Notes under the pieces: model-generated
What the model was told of the DNA's origin: nothing
Databases searched by the model: none
Seen by the model: the letters and a program-made list of their open reading frames with translations, nothing else
In this document: positions 49,858 to 63,731 of the stretch, piece after piece
Layout: every line of letters begins with the position of its first letter
Position numbering within the stretch: the stretch's first letter is position 1
Program-made: the position numbers and the translations under genes
Assembly: GCA_021613535.1 (NCBI GenBank)
Contig: CP075492.1
Coordinates: 5,890,001-5,954,000, forward strand
Origin: Adineta vaga
Lineage: Eukaryota > Animalia > Rotifera
Length of the DNA: 64,000 nt
Reading direction: 5' to 3'

Positions 49858-50609
49858 ATAAATATTTTACATGTTTATTTGTTAATTTCTTGTCGCCTTT
49901 GTTTAACGAGAACATTTGATAGGGTTTACAGCAATAATCCAAATTCTGGACTTGAAATTATACGTAGTTCAGTACGAAAAGAAAGTAAAGTAAATCGTTT
50001 CCAATACTTCCTCTTTCTTTCAACAGTTTCATTGTAAAATTGAATTGTACGAGGAAAAGTTTGTCATCGATTAGAACTCAATAACGATAGTTTTACTATT
50101 TTATATTACTTGTTTTTTTTTCTCTTCTTAATCATAAAAAATCTCTGCAGATGGTAACCAGACGTATTTCTGTCTATTGATAGAAGACAGTCATGCTATT
50201 TCATCACGTGTTTTATGCTTTAAATTTTCTAAAACTCTATGCATTACTTAACTAAACTATATACGATGGATTCGGTTAAGTATTTAGTATGAATTGCATT
50301 TTCATAACAAAACCTCTAATGGTTTAGTATCGTTTGCTAGATGAGATTATTGATACATAAACTATATATAACTGACAGCTTTTAACTGAAGAAAGTATTC
50401 ATGTGTTCAATCGATTATTTATCAAGTAATTCTCATTAAAAAAAACACTTAAATGTTTTCAATAAGTGTATATTTTTTTCTATTCCAGAAAGTTGAAGAA
50501 TAAGAAAGAATAGAAAATGTTTATTATTTTGTCAGAAATCTCATTTTACTTCGATACAAAACAAAGAAGAATCAGTAGAGTCAAACTGTAAGAATAGTTA
50601 TCATATACA

Positions 50610-52134
50610 ATGGAATCTATTGTCTATAAGAGCATAGTTCTGATTATTTCTCTTGTCAACTATCAGTGCATACCTATATTGCGAGTAAGGTCAAATATTA
50701 AATTATGTAATTATTACTGTGAGATTTTCAAAATATAGGGAGACGAAATATTGACTAATGAAACATCGCGCAATCCTGAATACAATCGTTAGTAGTCAAT
50801 AAATAAATAAATATATTCATACATGTCGCTGTATTTATATGTTTAGAGGGACTTGAACAAGGTGATATAGTTCCTTATCCACACTTTAGAACTATCACTG
50901 GAGTAAGTTTTCTTTTGTAAATAAAAAAAACAAATATTATTTATTCTTTACGAATCTAGCGAGGTGTGGCCATAGCATCAGCATATAATTATCGTTGGGC
51001 AAATGCTACTATACCCTATGTGTTTGCTGAAAATATTAGTTTGTATAGTAAACGAAAGAAGTTAGTAATTTTCACTTTGTTTATTTAGCTAGTGCTAGAA
51101 GAACATTTATTGAACAACAAATGCGTGAAATTGAACAGTTGACAATGGTAAATAATACACAATGTGTAAAATTTCGTTCGCAAACTAGTTATGATTCATA
51201 TTTTATCACAATTTTTAATGGATCTGGTTGTTCGGCACCAGTAAGTATTGAAGTGTTGATGAATAAAGAAATAGGAAGTTCTTCTTTTAAGATATTATTT
51301 ATACTTATTTTTTCTTCTATCATTAATTGTTTGTTTAGGTTGGATCATGGGGTAGTTATGTCGGTGTTCGTCCTGTTTCTCTATTAGATGGATGGTATTC
51401 TACCTGTATGATTTCAGGTATTGTTCAACATGAATTAACTCATGTCTTAGGTAGGATATATATGAAAAGTAACGACTATATACTGTTATACTTTTATGAA
51501 AAGGTTTCTTTCATGAACAATCACGTCCTGATCGAGATGAATATGTTTCTATACAATGGAATAATATTGTTCCAGGTACGTATACTATATTTCTCTTTCT
51601 TTTACACATTATCGATGAATAATTGTAGCACAAACTTCCAATTTTATCAAATACAATTCAGATGTTGATACACAAATGACACCATATGATTATGGATCAG
51701 TTATGCATTATGGACGTAACGCTTTTGCAATAAATTCAAGTGGATCAACTATCATACCAATAATGAACGATACAGCATTTATTGGTCAACGTGTACAATT
51801 GAGTCCAATTGATATTCTCGAAATTCAACGTACTATGGTTGTGTTCCTACACCAACTTCAATCACCACAAATACCACTGCCCGAGCCACCACGACAAGTA
51901 CCACTGTCCCAGCTACCACCACAACTACCACTGTCCCAGCTACCACCACAACTATTTCACACCATTTTATCCACGACAAACTTCATAAATAATGAACTAT
52001 TAACAAATTTAGTAATAATAACAACAGGCAATACAACAAATGCATGCACTCGTGATAAATTTTCAACATATTTTTCTATATTTTTCATCTGGTTAATGTT
52101 AATGACACTATGCTTTCTCAATATTCTTTTTTAA
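50610..52134 (+). CDS. Astacin (M12A) metalloprotease, copy 1, hydrophobic C-terminus (GPI signal-like)
   Basis: Signal peptide, EQGDI, RW...IPY, GSGCSAP|[10 protein letters not shown]|[22 protein letters not shown]. Apparent 1-nt deletion at ~51830. Confidence 0.88.
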
Positions 52135-53973
52135 TCTTTTTATGATTTATTTTATACATGCGAATAAATTCATTCTTCTATTGAAATATATTTTCTTTTT
52201 ACATACACCATCGAAAACAATAGCAATGTCTTCCAAAATGCTCTTGCTGTCGATGGTGCCTATTTCGTCTGAACATTATTCGAGAATATTTCTTTTATGA
52301 CATTGAAGTTGAAGTCCCTCAATAAACTACTAAAGCACGTCGGTCATAGACGAAATGAATATTGATAAAATAATTCATGAAATAAGTATTCTCAACTTCA
52401 GTTTTATTAGATTACTTTGAATTGTGTATTCCGGATATTTCTATGATTTCATCTCTTTGTGAAAGAAAGCATGACAACGATTGAGAGATCAAAATTAAAA
52501 TTAGCTGCCCTTTCACTTTATATGTCATCTGCTATTCAAACCATATAACTGCTCATTTTGACAAAAAATATGCATAAAGAAAAATTATTAATTGTTGTTT
52601 TGACGAAAATATCAACTTCAAACGCTCATTATATAATAAATCCAGGTATTGATTACCTTTATTAACAAAACATTAAAAATAACACAATTTATCCTACTAC
52701 TCATATAAAACACGAAACAACAAAACAAGTTTCCTATGTCGATAAGACACACCATCAATACACACTATAAAAGTGCCAAAACATGACTGATTTCCATGCC
52801 TTGGTAACGAGCACCAACGACATGGGTTATTCACCAGAAAGCACTGCGTATGATTCTTCAAAAAACAGCGAATCAACAATACAATGTATGAAAATTAAAG
52901 TTCTATTGAAGTCTAGAATAATTCAAAAGTTGCTCAATGAAAGAGACATGCTCTTATCGGTATAGAAACTTGTTATTGATCATAATAGTACATATAGAAG
53001 TAAAAAACCAATAGACATAATGATAAAATGGATTCGATATCTTTTTTATCATTATGTTCAGTACACTTACCTTCATTACGAATCTAAAAAATTCAGTCTG
53101 TACAGCCTAGTTTTACAGCAAATATTTACATAAATAGAATCTTGTTCGTAATATTAACAAAATATTTCTATGGGCGTAAGACGTCATTCACTCGAATTAT
53201 ATTAGAAAAAAATTTATTATTTTCGTGCTTCCCTAGATTTGAATTACTCTGCATATTTAAATCACTTTTCATTACTTCAAGAATACATCAAAATTGTGTA
53301 ATTTCGGCAAATACTGTTGGCGTTTTATGGTTCTCCTCTATTGACAATGTTGTGAGGTCGAAAAAAATTCAAAGCATAATCTCGTGACACATTTAAAATC
53401 ATATTACTCAAGTTTAATATATAAACAAAGTCGAACTTTTTGTAGCAATAAAAATAATCATCAAGAACTGCATGACGCCTTGTCATGAACAAAAACAAAG
53501 TCTCCCGAAGTAATGTTTTTCTTATTTTTTTTCGTCGTTTAAATCAATAACAATCCGAATACTGACGAAATATTTCATACCTTTTTGCATGGCTTTATCC
53601 TAAATAAAAAAGATTTTTTTTTCACTGAAAATGTATGTTGTTGAGGGGATTGATAATTCTCGCATATGATATGGAAAAAAAACAAAAACAAAAATACTTG
53701 GACAGAACTAAATTTTGATTTCATCATCTGCTTCATAAACTTTCAAATAGTACATGAAGCGTAGGTGGTCGTGTTTATTTTGAAGGAAAAGAAGTCGTTT
53801 TTTTGACGAATAATAATCGAAAACAAAAGCTAGAGAAATGAAAGAATTAGTTCTTATAAAATCTAATATAAATTCAATATGTCATAATCATAAATTCGAA
53901 TCGTCTAGAATCTAATACATTTATAATTTCTATTTATTTCAGTATAGTAGTTCAGTGATTTCTATTAGCTACA

Positions 53974-55584
53974 ATGCGATCACTCATTTACATCATCGTT
54001 ATTTTCGTTGGTTTGGTTTCGAAATATCAATGTGTCCCTGTAGCACAGGTAAATCATGAATAAATTTTATATATAGATGTTTTCAACCTAACTTCCTTTC
54101 TTCTAGTCGACGGATACATCGCAAAGTGGTTCTGCTAAAACAAATCCCGAATATAATCGTAAATATATATTTATGGATAATTGTATTCTATTCATATCTT
54201 CTTAAAGTTAAATTGGAATTTACTGAAGGCGATATTGTTCCCCATCCCTTGGCTGGAAGTGTGCAAGGAGTAGGTCTTTGAAACAAAATCAATAGAACTA
54301 TGATTTCATTTTGGTAATTATAGCGTGGTGTAGCTATTAGACCAGCTTATCAACGCTGGAATGGCGGCATTGTGCCATATGAATTTGCTGCAAACCTTTG
54401 TTCGTATATTTGATCAAAATATTTCTATATCGATAACGTATCTTTTTCTAGCTAGTAATGATACTGCCTTTATTGAAAAACAAATGCGAGCCATTGAAAA
54501 TTTAACAATGGTTAATAATGCGCAATGTGTTCAGTTTCGTCCAAAAAATGCAACTGATCCGTATTTCATTACTATCTTTAATGGATCAGGTTGTTCAGCA
54601 CCAGTAAGTAGAATGAAAAATGAAAACAATTACCGTTGATTCTCACTATAACGTTAGGTTGGATCGTGGGGTGCTTATGTCGGTGTTCGTCCTGTTTCAT
54701 TACTATCTGGATGGTATTCTACCTGTATGGTTTCAGGTATTGTCCAACACGAATTAACTCATGTCTTAGGTAAGTAACATGTGATCTCATATGAATGATG
54801 TACACATTTTATTCGTTTAAAAAAGGCTTATATCATGAACAATCACGTCCTGATCGCGATTCATACGTTAGCTTGCAATGGGCAAATATCATTCCAGGTA
54901 AATCTTTTCTAGATCATTTTATCATTAGAAATCATAAGAAACAATTATAGCCTATGTAAATAATTTTATCAAATACAACGATTCAGATGTTGATACCAAA
55001 TGACACCGTACGATTATGGATCAGTTATGCATTACGAACGTGATGCTTTTGCAGTAAATTCAAGTGGACCAACTATCATACCAATAATGAATGCTACAGC
55101 ATTTATTGGTCAACGTGTACAATTGAGTCCAATTGATATTCTCGAAATTCAGCGATACTATGGTTGTGTTCCTACACCAACTTCAACAACAACAACAACC
55201 GCATCACCGTCGGTATCAACAACTACCCGAACAACAACAACAACTACACCACCGTCAGTATCAACAACTACCCGAACAACAACGACAACAACCGCATCAC
55301 CGTCGGTATCAACAACTACCCGAACAACAACGACAACAACCGCATCACCGTCAGTATCAACAACTACCCGAACAACAACGACAACAACCGCATCACCGTC
55401 CGTATCAACAACTACTCGAACAACAACAACAAGTAACAATAACGGTAACTCATCAAGTTCGCCCACAACTGCTGCAGCTGGATTTGCTAACAATGCCGGT
55501 ATTCCAAATGCTTTTTCATTGCATGGAGAAATGTATGCTGTTTGTTTCACATTTGCTCTTTATTTAATCAATTCCATTCACTGA
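53974..55584 (+). CDS. Astacin (M12A) metalloprotease, copy 2, Thr-rich stalk and GPI-like tail; apparent 1-nt frameshift at ~54996
   Basis: Same exon structure as copy 1; HELTHVLG|[23 protein letters not shown]. Confidence 0.88.
55185..55432 (+). repeat. ~45-48 bp coding tandem repeat (ASPSVSTTTRTTTTTT), about 5 copies
   Basis: Repeated CCGTCxGTATCAACAACTACCCGAACAACAAC. Confidence 0.9.
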
Positions 55585-55941
55585 ACAAAACTTTGATAAT
55601 TTTTATTTTCAAGATTAATGTATGTATAAGAATGAATCAAAAAAGAATTCATTTTTATTTGACATTTTGAATAAAGTCAAATATATGTTATTATCTTTTC
55701 TTTTTCTATATTTTTTAATATTTCATACATAAGAATACAAATTTGATATCATATTGTGTCCTCTTATGAATAAATTATAATCATACTTTACATGACTCTC
55801 ATTTTGTAAGAAGTCAACCCTGAGAAATAATATGTTACTTGATCATGTTTTCCTTCCATTTCTATCTAGTGCGTGACTATAATTTATAGCTTAAATAAAT
55901 GAAAACAACATTTAGACAATAAAAATATTCCATATGTCATC

Positions 55942-56847
55942 TTAATGATTTTCGTTTTTAATTTTTTTTAATAATTCGGGCACTTGTTTAAGATCAACAT
56001 CATATCCATTGAATTGCGTCGTTTTGTCATGATTTTCTCGTGTCCATTGAACAAATGTTTGATTTAAATTTTCAATTGAATCCAATTGACCACCGTATTC
56101 TTGTGGTAAGATAGCCGGATCAATATATTTATGTAAAGATTTATTCATTGAATCATCGGATGATTTCGCATGGAAAAAGATCTTTTCGTTTAATTTTCGA
56201 TTTAAAAATAATCGAAATAGATGTAAAATTGGATCGAATAAACCTGGATAGTTATAAAAATGTATTTGACGTAAATTTACCGGATACGTTTTCTCCCAAC
56301 AATTCACATATCGACGTGTATAATCTGGTGTAAATTGACTAACATGTTGTAATTTTATATTAGAATAATCCAAAAGTATTATAAAACCATTGGTTTGTGC
56401 TATTGATTGACTATTGAGAATATCTGTTATGGCAAAAGCATATTTAGTTACAGCATCAAATGTATATTTCGTTGGATCATATTGACCAATTCGCATAAGA
56501 AAAATCAATTGATTATCTTTTGTTTCTTCTGGTAATTGAAGGCAGTAACCTATTTTAGAGATATCAACCATCAAAGGATTTTTAAGAAGATCTCGATCTG
56601 TAAACCTAGAGAAGAAAACGAGTAAAATAGATCTATTGATAAAATAAATATGTCAAACAAACCATAGAGGATTTTCAGTACGATATTTCCAAAAAAGAAT
56701 CAAACGTTCTTTTGCTTGTGTTAAATTAAAATCTGTTATACGTAAAAATCGTAAGAGAAATTCATCGGTATCTAATGAATTCAATATTGGTTTTTGTTCT
56801 CGAACCCATCGACGAAATTCTGCCAATCCATTTGTATTTTCTGCCAT
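55942..56847 (-). CDS. CRAL-TRIO/Sec14 lipid-binding protein (alpha-TTP/clavesin-like)
   Basis: TDEFLLRFLR N-domain, QTNGFIILLDY, YPVNLRQIHFYN and ILPQEYGG; one intron. Confidence 0.9.
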
Positions 56848-57350
56848 TATGAGTTCACTCTCCTTCCACTTTTTAGAAGACTGATGAATGTTCTTCCATT
56901 TTTATTCTTCTTCTTTTTCTTCTTCTCAATTTACAGCGTGCGTGACAATCAAGATGTGTTGTTCTTTTAATCATAATAATAAATGCATAGAAGCATATGT
57001 AAACCTGCCAACTTATTATCATATAGAAAGCAATAAACACTCATGTGGAAGATTAACGGCAGCAAAGAAGACTAAAGAAAGATTATTTGTGAGTTAAAGT
57101 AACAAGAAACAGAAACATGATTATTTCATGTTAAATCGAGAATATAATGCAGTTTATCTGTAAACACATTCTTATGCTATAAATAGAATTCATCGTAAAG
57201 AGACAAAAAAAATACAAAAGGACGTTTTTCAATTTTAACGAATGATAATATCATTTGGAATTCTTCTTCTTTTCTCTCTAATATCTCGACGACATATGTA
57301 TATAAGCACGTGGTTTTGTTTCGTCTATTATTTCCGAGCGTATATCAACA

Positions 57351-58179
57351 ATGAATCGACATGTGACAATGCCATTGTGTGAAAAAGTATGAGATGTGAA
57401 TTATTTTCATTTTTTTCATCACATTGAAGATTTAGTTTATGGCAATGCATTTGTATCCACATCAATTAGATGAACAAATCTTATGTAAAGAAATATCAAA
57501 TCAAGTAAGAAAATAAATCTTATCAAATGAAGAGCAATATTTTATCATAGACAAATTCAACGATTAATCGACATGTATCGATGTCCTCGTATGATCAAGT
57601 AAATAGATATAGTATTAAGAAATGTGCGAAAAGAATATTTTGATTTTTAGTTCCGAGAAGAAGAACAACCATTACGTATTCATGTGGGTAATATTCCATT
57701 TCTATGGACTATTGATGATTTACGTAAACAATTTCTCGTAGGAATTAAAATTTAGATTTATTTTTCAAAACATTCAACTGTCTCATTTCAGGTATTTGGT
57801 CCCGTAAAAGATCCAGAAATCGTTTCTAATGAACGCGGTTCGAAAGTAAGATTAAATTTTGCAATTATTTACAAATGAAAAGATTTTTTTCTTAATTTCA
57901 AAAGGGATTTGGCTTTATTACCTTTCTACGTTATAGTAAGTAAAATCTTATTAATGGAAGAAAAAGTTAATAAAATATCTATCTTTTAGGTGATGGTATG
58001 AATGCTATTCGTGTAAAAAATGGTTCCATTGCTGATGGACGAAAAATAACTGTAAATAATTCACATTTTCTGTTGTCACACACACTTTCGTTTGGATTCT
58101 TCAGGTTGCATTAGCTTCATCTCGGTCATCTTCTCGTTTGAATTCTCATCATTGTTGTTATTGTAAAAATTTCATTTGA
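57351..58179 (+). CDS. Small RBFOX/Fox-1-like RRM protein (8 short exons; absent from the ORF track)
   Basis: Spliced: PLRIHVGNIPFLWTIDDLRKQFL|VFGPVKDPEIVSNERGSK|GFGFITFLRY|SDGMNAIRVKNGSIADGRKIT|VALASSR, collinear with the Fox-1 RRM. Confidence 0.82.
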
Positions 58180-58388
58180 ACAATAATTGTGCGCATGTCA
58201 AATCCGAAAAACTTATATCCATAATACTAATGTATACATATAATATAGTTTTTTTTCTTCTTCTTTCTTGTGACTTTGTCAAACATACAAGTCATCTTTG
58301 TTTTGAGTTTCTTTTCTTTTTTTTTCAATAAAATTCTAGACGATCTGATAACAAGACACAGAGAAAAAAAAAGAAGATCGAAATTAAG

Positions 58389-61358
58389 TCATTTATCTTG
58401 TTGTTGTTTTTCGAGAATTTTTAAACGATTTTGAATATTGACATATTTTTGTTTGAGAATCGAATTTGATGAGAGATTTTCTTGTTCAAGATCAACTAGA
58501 TACTTTTTCAAATGTTCAACTTCATTCGTAAAAACTGGACCAATATTGAGTGATGATGTTACACTTATTGATGACGCAAGTGGAGCATTCATAGCTAAAG
58601 AATTGGAAGGATTCATTTGTAAATTTGTTCGAATATCTGATTCTTTAATTGATGATAATCGAGATACACGACTACCTAATCGTCGAACCGATACATGATA
58701 TGGAATACGACAACTTGGTTCAATTAAACCTGGTGAACTTTTACTACGCTTTAAATTAACTAGAAGAAAGAAAGAAAATGAAGATGAGCTTTTGATGTAG
58801 GAATGGAAATTACTTAGTTGTATCAATGGTTTTTTATGTTTTTCAAGACGTTTAACAGCAATTGATTCCAATTTAACACGTACAGCTGGATATTCTTTTA
58901 AAACTTCCCATAAATCTTCTTTTGAAAGACAAAATAAATCGGAATAGCCAACTGATCGTACAGATGCTGTTCGTCGATTTCCACTTCCCATATTTAAAAT
59001 ACTTATTTCACCAAAATAAGAACCTAGAAAACCAATGAAAGAATTCATTTTAAAATTAAATTCCGTTCTACCAGCTTTTAATGTTGCTAAAACAGTTTTA
59101 TTATTATCAGCCATAACATGTAATTTACCACGATTGACGATATACATTTCTTTTCCAACTTCACCTTTACGACAAATAAAATCATCTGGCGAGAAAAGGA
59201 CAGGTTTCAAACGTAGAACTAATTCATTTAAAAAGCCAGCTTCAGTATTTTGAAAAATTTCAACCTTTTGATAGGAAAAACTTTTGTAATCAAGAAAAGA
59301 ATTTCCAAGAAAAAACTTACTCGTTTTAAAGTATCTAAATGAACATGTATGGCAATTTCAGCACGAAGTTTATACGGTAATAATGAAAGTACATGATTAT
59401 CATCAACAGATTTATGACTCATCCATAAATAATCAAACCTAAAGAAATATTCGTAAGTCATCTGTAATCATTGAATACAGATAACATAAAGTCGATAATT
59501 TGTACCAAGGAAGTCTATAATTCAATTCATTCTTATTAGTCAAATCAACGGTTAAAATGTCAACTATCGCATTTTATTCCAGGGAAATTTGATTATTAAT
59601 AAACTCTATCGTTCTTGGCAATTAGAATTAGCTCATTCTATTCTCTTGAAACATGCAATTCATTTCCAAGTCTAATTATATCATTCTATATTTAATCTCA
59701 TTCAAATAAACTTACCATCGAATGACACGATCTTCAAGATTATTCGGTACACGTCGTAATGACATATATGTTTTGACTGCATCTAGTTTTGCTAGAAGAT
59801 AAAAAAAACAAACATTTTGTTAACAGAAAAAAACAAGTTGAAATTTGTTTTTACCTTGAAACTCTTTTCTTGCATTGCCTAAATTCGATACAATCGATGC
59901 TACATGTCCCATAATAGTTGCAAATAATAATAATGCAAAAATAATTTGAAAACTTAGAAAAATATAATCTTCTTTTGAGACAGGTTTTGCTTCCTGATTC
60001 TGAGTTAATGTTAATGTTGTTATCGACCAATACCTAACATTTCAATTCGCAAAAAAAAAGAAGAGAACGATGATTTTCTCCTCTTTTAGTTTTGACTTAC
60101 AAAGCTTTAAAATAATTTGAACTACTATCATCTAATAGAAATGCAAAATGTCTCGTTAAATCTAATTTTGATCGCGTATGTAGAATATAAATAAAACATG
60201 CATTCCAATGAAATATAGCTAAAAGATAATGTATCATAACAATCGTACGAAATAGATTTGGATAATTTGTATGTCGTTCTGTTCGATCCAAGAATGCCCA
60301 AAAACGATAGATTTTAACAAGACGAAAACATCGTACTATCGATTTGAAACCAAATGATAGATAGAGAAAATCTAATGGCATTAAACAAAGACAATCAATA
60401 TAAAATCGTGTTGTATTCATATAATAATGTCGTAATTTAATTGGATCTGTTTGAAGAACTCCCTCTTCAAGATAAGCCGTACGAAAATTAAACATAATAT
60501 CCAATAAATAAATCAAATCACATAGATAATCAAAGATAAACCAGATGAGAAAGTTCTTTGATGTTAATTCATGAAAAGAATATCGAAAGATAATGATCCA
60601 GAAATTGTAGAGAAATGCGAGACTAATAATTGATGTCCAATAATAAGATAGACGTCCACTTGGATCAAATATAAATGTAAAACGTGTACGACGTGTTGCA
60701 GGAGGATTTAAGTCGAATTTTTCAAAACGAGCTTTGATATCTTGTTTACGAGCTTTGCGTAATTGTCGAGATTGACGAATATAATCACCTGAAAAAAGAA
60801 TTGAAGTGATTTATATGATGTGAATTAGAAGAAAAATGAAGATTTACCTTGATAACCAGAAAAGAGATTTCCATGATCAGTAGATAATCTTGGAAATGCT
60901 GATGTTGAACTTTTACGTGCAACTGTTAATGTTGATGCAAATGTACCGAAAACAGATGGACGATGGCTTGATGGAAATAATGAATTAATCGATTGACGAG
61001 GATGTGAATGAATTGATAATGAACTACCAAGTGTATTTCGTGTTGGAGATGATGGTGATTGAGTTTTGATGAGAGTTGCTGAATCTGTTGAAGATGATAC
61101 ATGACCAGAAGGAGTAGCAGCACTTGATAGTACTTGTGTTAATGATGCGGTTGGATAATGATTAGGTGAAGATAAACCTGAAGTTGTCTTTTTATTTGTC
61201 GCGGATGAAACCGTAATTTCAGATAGATCATTATCAGGATTTGATATATATCCATGTTCAGATGATTTTATAGTTGAAATACAAGAAATTTCATTATCAG
61301 TTCTAGTATTGCATACTTGATATTGTATAGACGGTTTGAACGATGATGCTTGAGCCAT
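58389..61358 (-). CDS. Cyclic nucleotide-gated channel, alpha-type subunit
   Basis: [48 protein letters not shown]-linker [34 protein letters not shown]...[15 protein letters not shown], and a C-terminal coiled coil. Confidence 0.93.
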
Positions 61359-63713
61359 GCCATTACTAATATAAGGTGAAATAAATAGTAATTAGAATTC
61401 ACCAATGTCTATGGAGAGAAAAGAAGAAAGACAATGTTCGTCCCATGAAGTCAAGCTTTTAATTGAAAGTAATTTGAAGAAAGATGTGGCAAACTTTAAC
61501 GTATTGTCTATTGTTTTTCAACAGATGATTAGTGAAACTATGCAATATAGTATGATTGACAGCTGTCACGTTTATTTGTGTGTGTGTGTGATTTTCAAGT
61601 ATATACAAAAGAAAGAAAAATCAGGATTGTATTTGTCAATAGACCCATTAAGAAAAAAAACGCATTGATTAATTATGTTTCTATTCAAGAAAAAAGGAGA
61701 AGAGGAACTTTCAACGTTTATTTACTTCTTATTTGTTTTCGATTGCCCATAGTCGTTGTTTGATCATTGTTACGTCTAATGAACATGTTGAAAAAGAAAA
61801 CAGAAAAAGAAGAAGAAGAAAATTGAAATGGAAGGATAAGGTATTGAATTAACTTGAGTACTACGTTAAGTATGATTTAGTTGTCTCGAATATCTATTTG
61901 TAACTGTTATTATTATAATGATTATCGGAAAATGTAGATTTTTTTTTCTCGGAGAAAATTAGGTTAACACACATGCACATACGAGTCGAACGCGAATTGA
62001 ATGATTACGATTCGGAGTAAACTTGCTGACGTTTGAAGAGAGAAGAAATCATTTAAACCGACACCCGAGTATCACATTTGCATTCCACTGTTCCTATCAT
62101 TGAATAACGAAGCAATAACGACAAAAAAAAAGAAAACTTTTTCTTGGTGATGAACGAGAAATGAGAAAAAATCGAGAGGGAGGGATGGAGAGAGAGAGAG
62201 AGAACGATGGAAATGGGCACAGTAAGATCTAGCATACATCATCAGCACTTCGTAAGAAAAAGTTTTTCATTTCCGGAATGAAGGACAAGTGCGATGCGTG
62301 TGTTCTCATAACCGATCATACCATTATTGAAAGTAGTCGTACTATTGTTTTTCTCTTCTGTGAATGATCTTATTGAAAGATTAAAGTAAAAATATATGTA
62401 TTTCTCTTGATTGATATTGAATATGAACCAACCTGTTTAGAAGAAAATTTCATTCAATAAACTAATATGTCTATGTTTAACTTGATCAAACAAGAAAAAT
62501 GATAGAAAAGAAATAATCAATATTAATATCTGTTCACATTACTTTCTTTGATTGAATTCTGATGAAGACAGTAACTTAACAAAATAAAAAAAAACGAGAG
62601 ATTTGATTCACTTTCGTTTTATTTTCAATAGAATAAAAATGACTTATCCTTTGTGATTCACACCTTCTTTTCACAGAAATGATCTTATTATAAAGTTGAA
62701 TCTATATGTGTAACATGACAAGAAAAAAGTCTAATTGCTAATTTCAATCAATAGAACTAAACACATTGATGTGCTTGATGATTGTTGTTAGCTGACGAAA
62801 CACGCACGCATTCTATTAGCTTTAGTAGACCGATTTAGTTAGTCTTATCAGTCTTTTCTTTTTCTTTCTTATTCGCATCTTTTTCTTTTCTCTCTATTTG
62901 AACTTGTCCTCATGAATAAATAATCAATAAGCTCATCTTGTACTATTGCCGCTTCTTCTTTCTTTTCCCTCTCTCTCTCTCTACTCGTTTTGGTTGATGA
63001 TCATTAGATTGATTTATTAAGACTAAAAGAAAAACTTGAGAAGGAACAAATATTATTCGTTCTGTCATAACAATTGATAACAAAAACTAATAATAATAAG
63101 AAGAAATAAAGATATTCAGTGTCGGTTTTGTTTTGAGAAGCACGCACATTTCAAGTATGTATGCGTACATCCGTTCAATTTATCTGGCTTGTATTCGAAC
63201 TCAAGTGTTATTTTTCCCTTATTGTCACATCATTTGTGACGTTGTCTTCAGATATAATTGGTTCCTTACCTCTTTCGAGTTGTTATTGTTAAATATATCT
63301 ACATGTCTTTTTCTTCTTCTTCTTCTTCTCTATTCATTCAATCGTTATGTCTGAAACCATTCGACATCCCGTTGTTCGTTATCTTGTCTATACGAACGAT
63401 GAATCGACTTCCTTATTGTTGATCATCAGTATCTGATTAGATCAGAACTAAGCATGGGTTCATTGACGCTATTTTTGATATATATATACAGATAAGCATA
63501 TAAAAGTACCGAGTGAAAAAAAGGAAGACGTCATTACACTAAACTGGAAAATGTACACGGTAAATGAAAAAGGATTATGTATTATACTAAGGATCAATAT
63601 GATTCAGAATCAATTATCTTTAAGAATAATCTATAAAAAGCATTAATCCTCACTAAGAAACAACTTTTCTTCTCTCGTCTTTAAAATCATTTTTTTCGAC
63701 TATCTTTTTCTCA

Positions 63714-63731
63714 TATATATATATATATATT
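63714..63731. repeat. (AT)n microsatellite
   Basis: Run of AT dinucleotides. Confidence 0.75.

Noticed and set aside
52150-53900. Possible transposon remnant between the astacins
   Set aside because: No terminal repeats, target-site duplication or transposase motifs were seen.
55133-55567. Gln-rich, Asn-rich and Val-rich ORFs
   Set aside because: Alternative frames of the astacin Thr-rich repeat.
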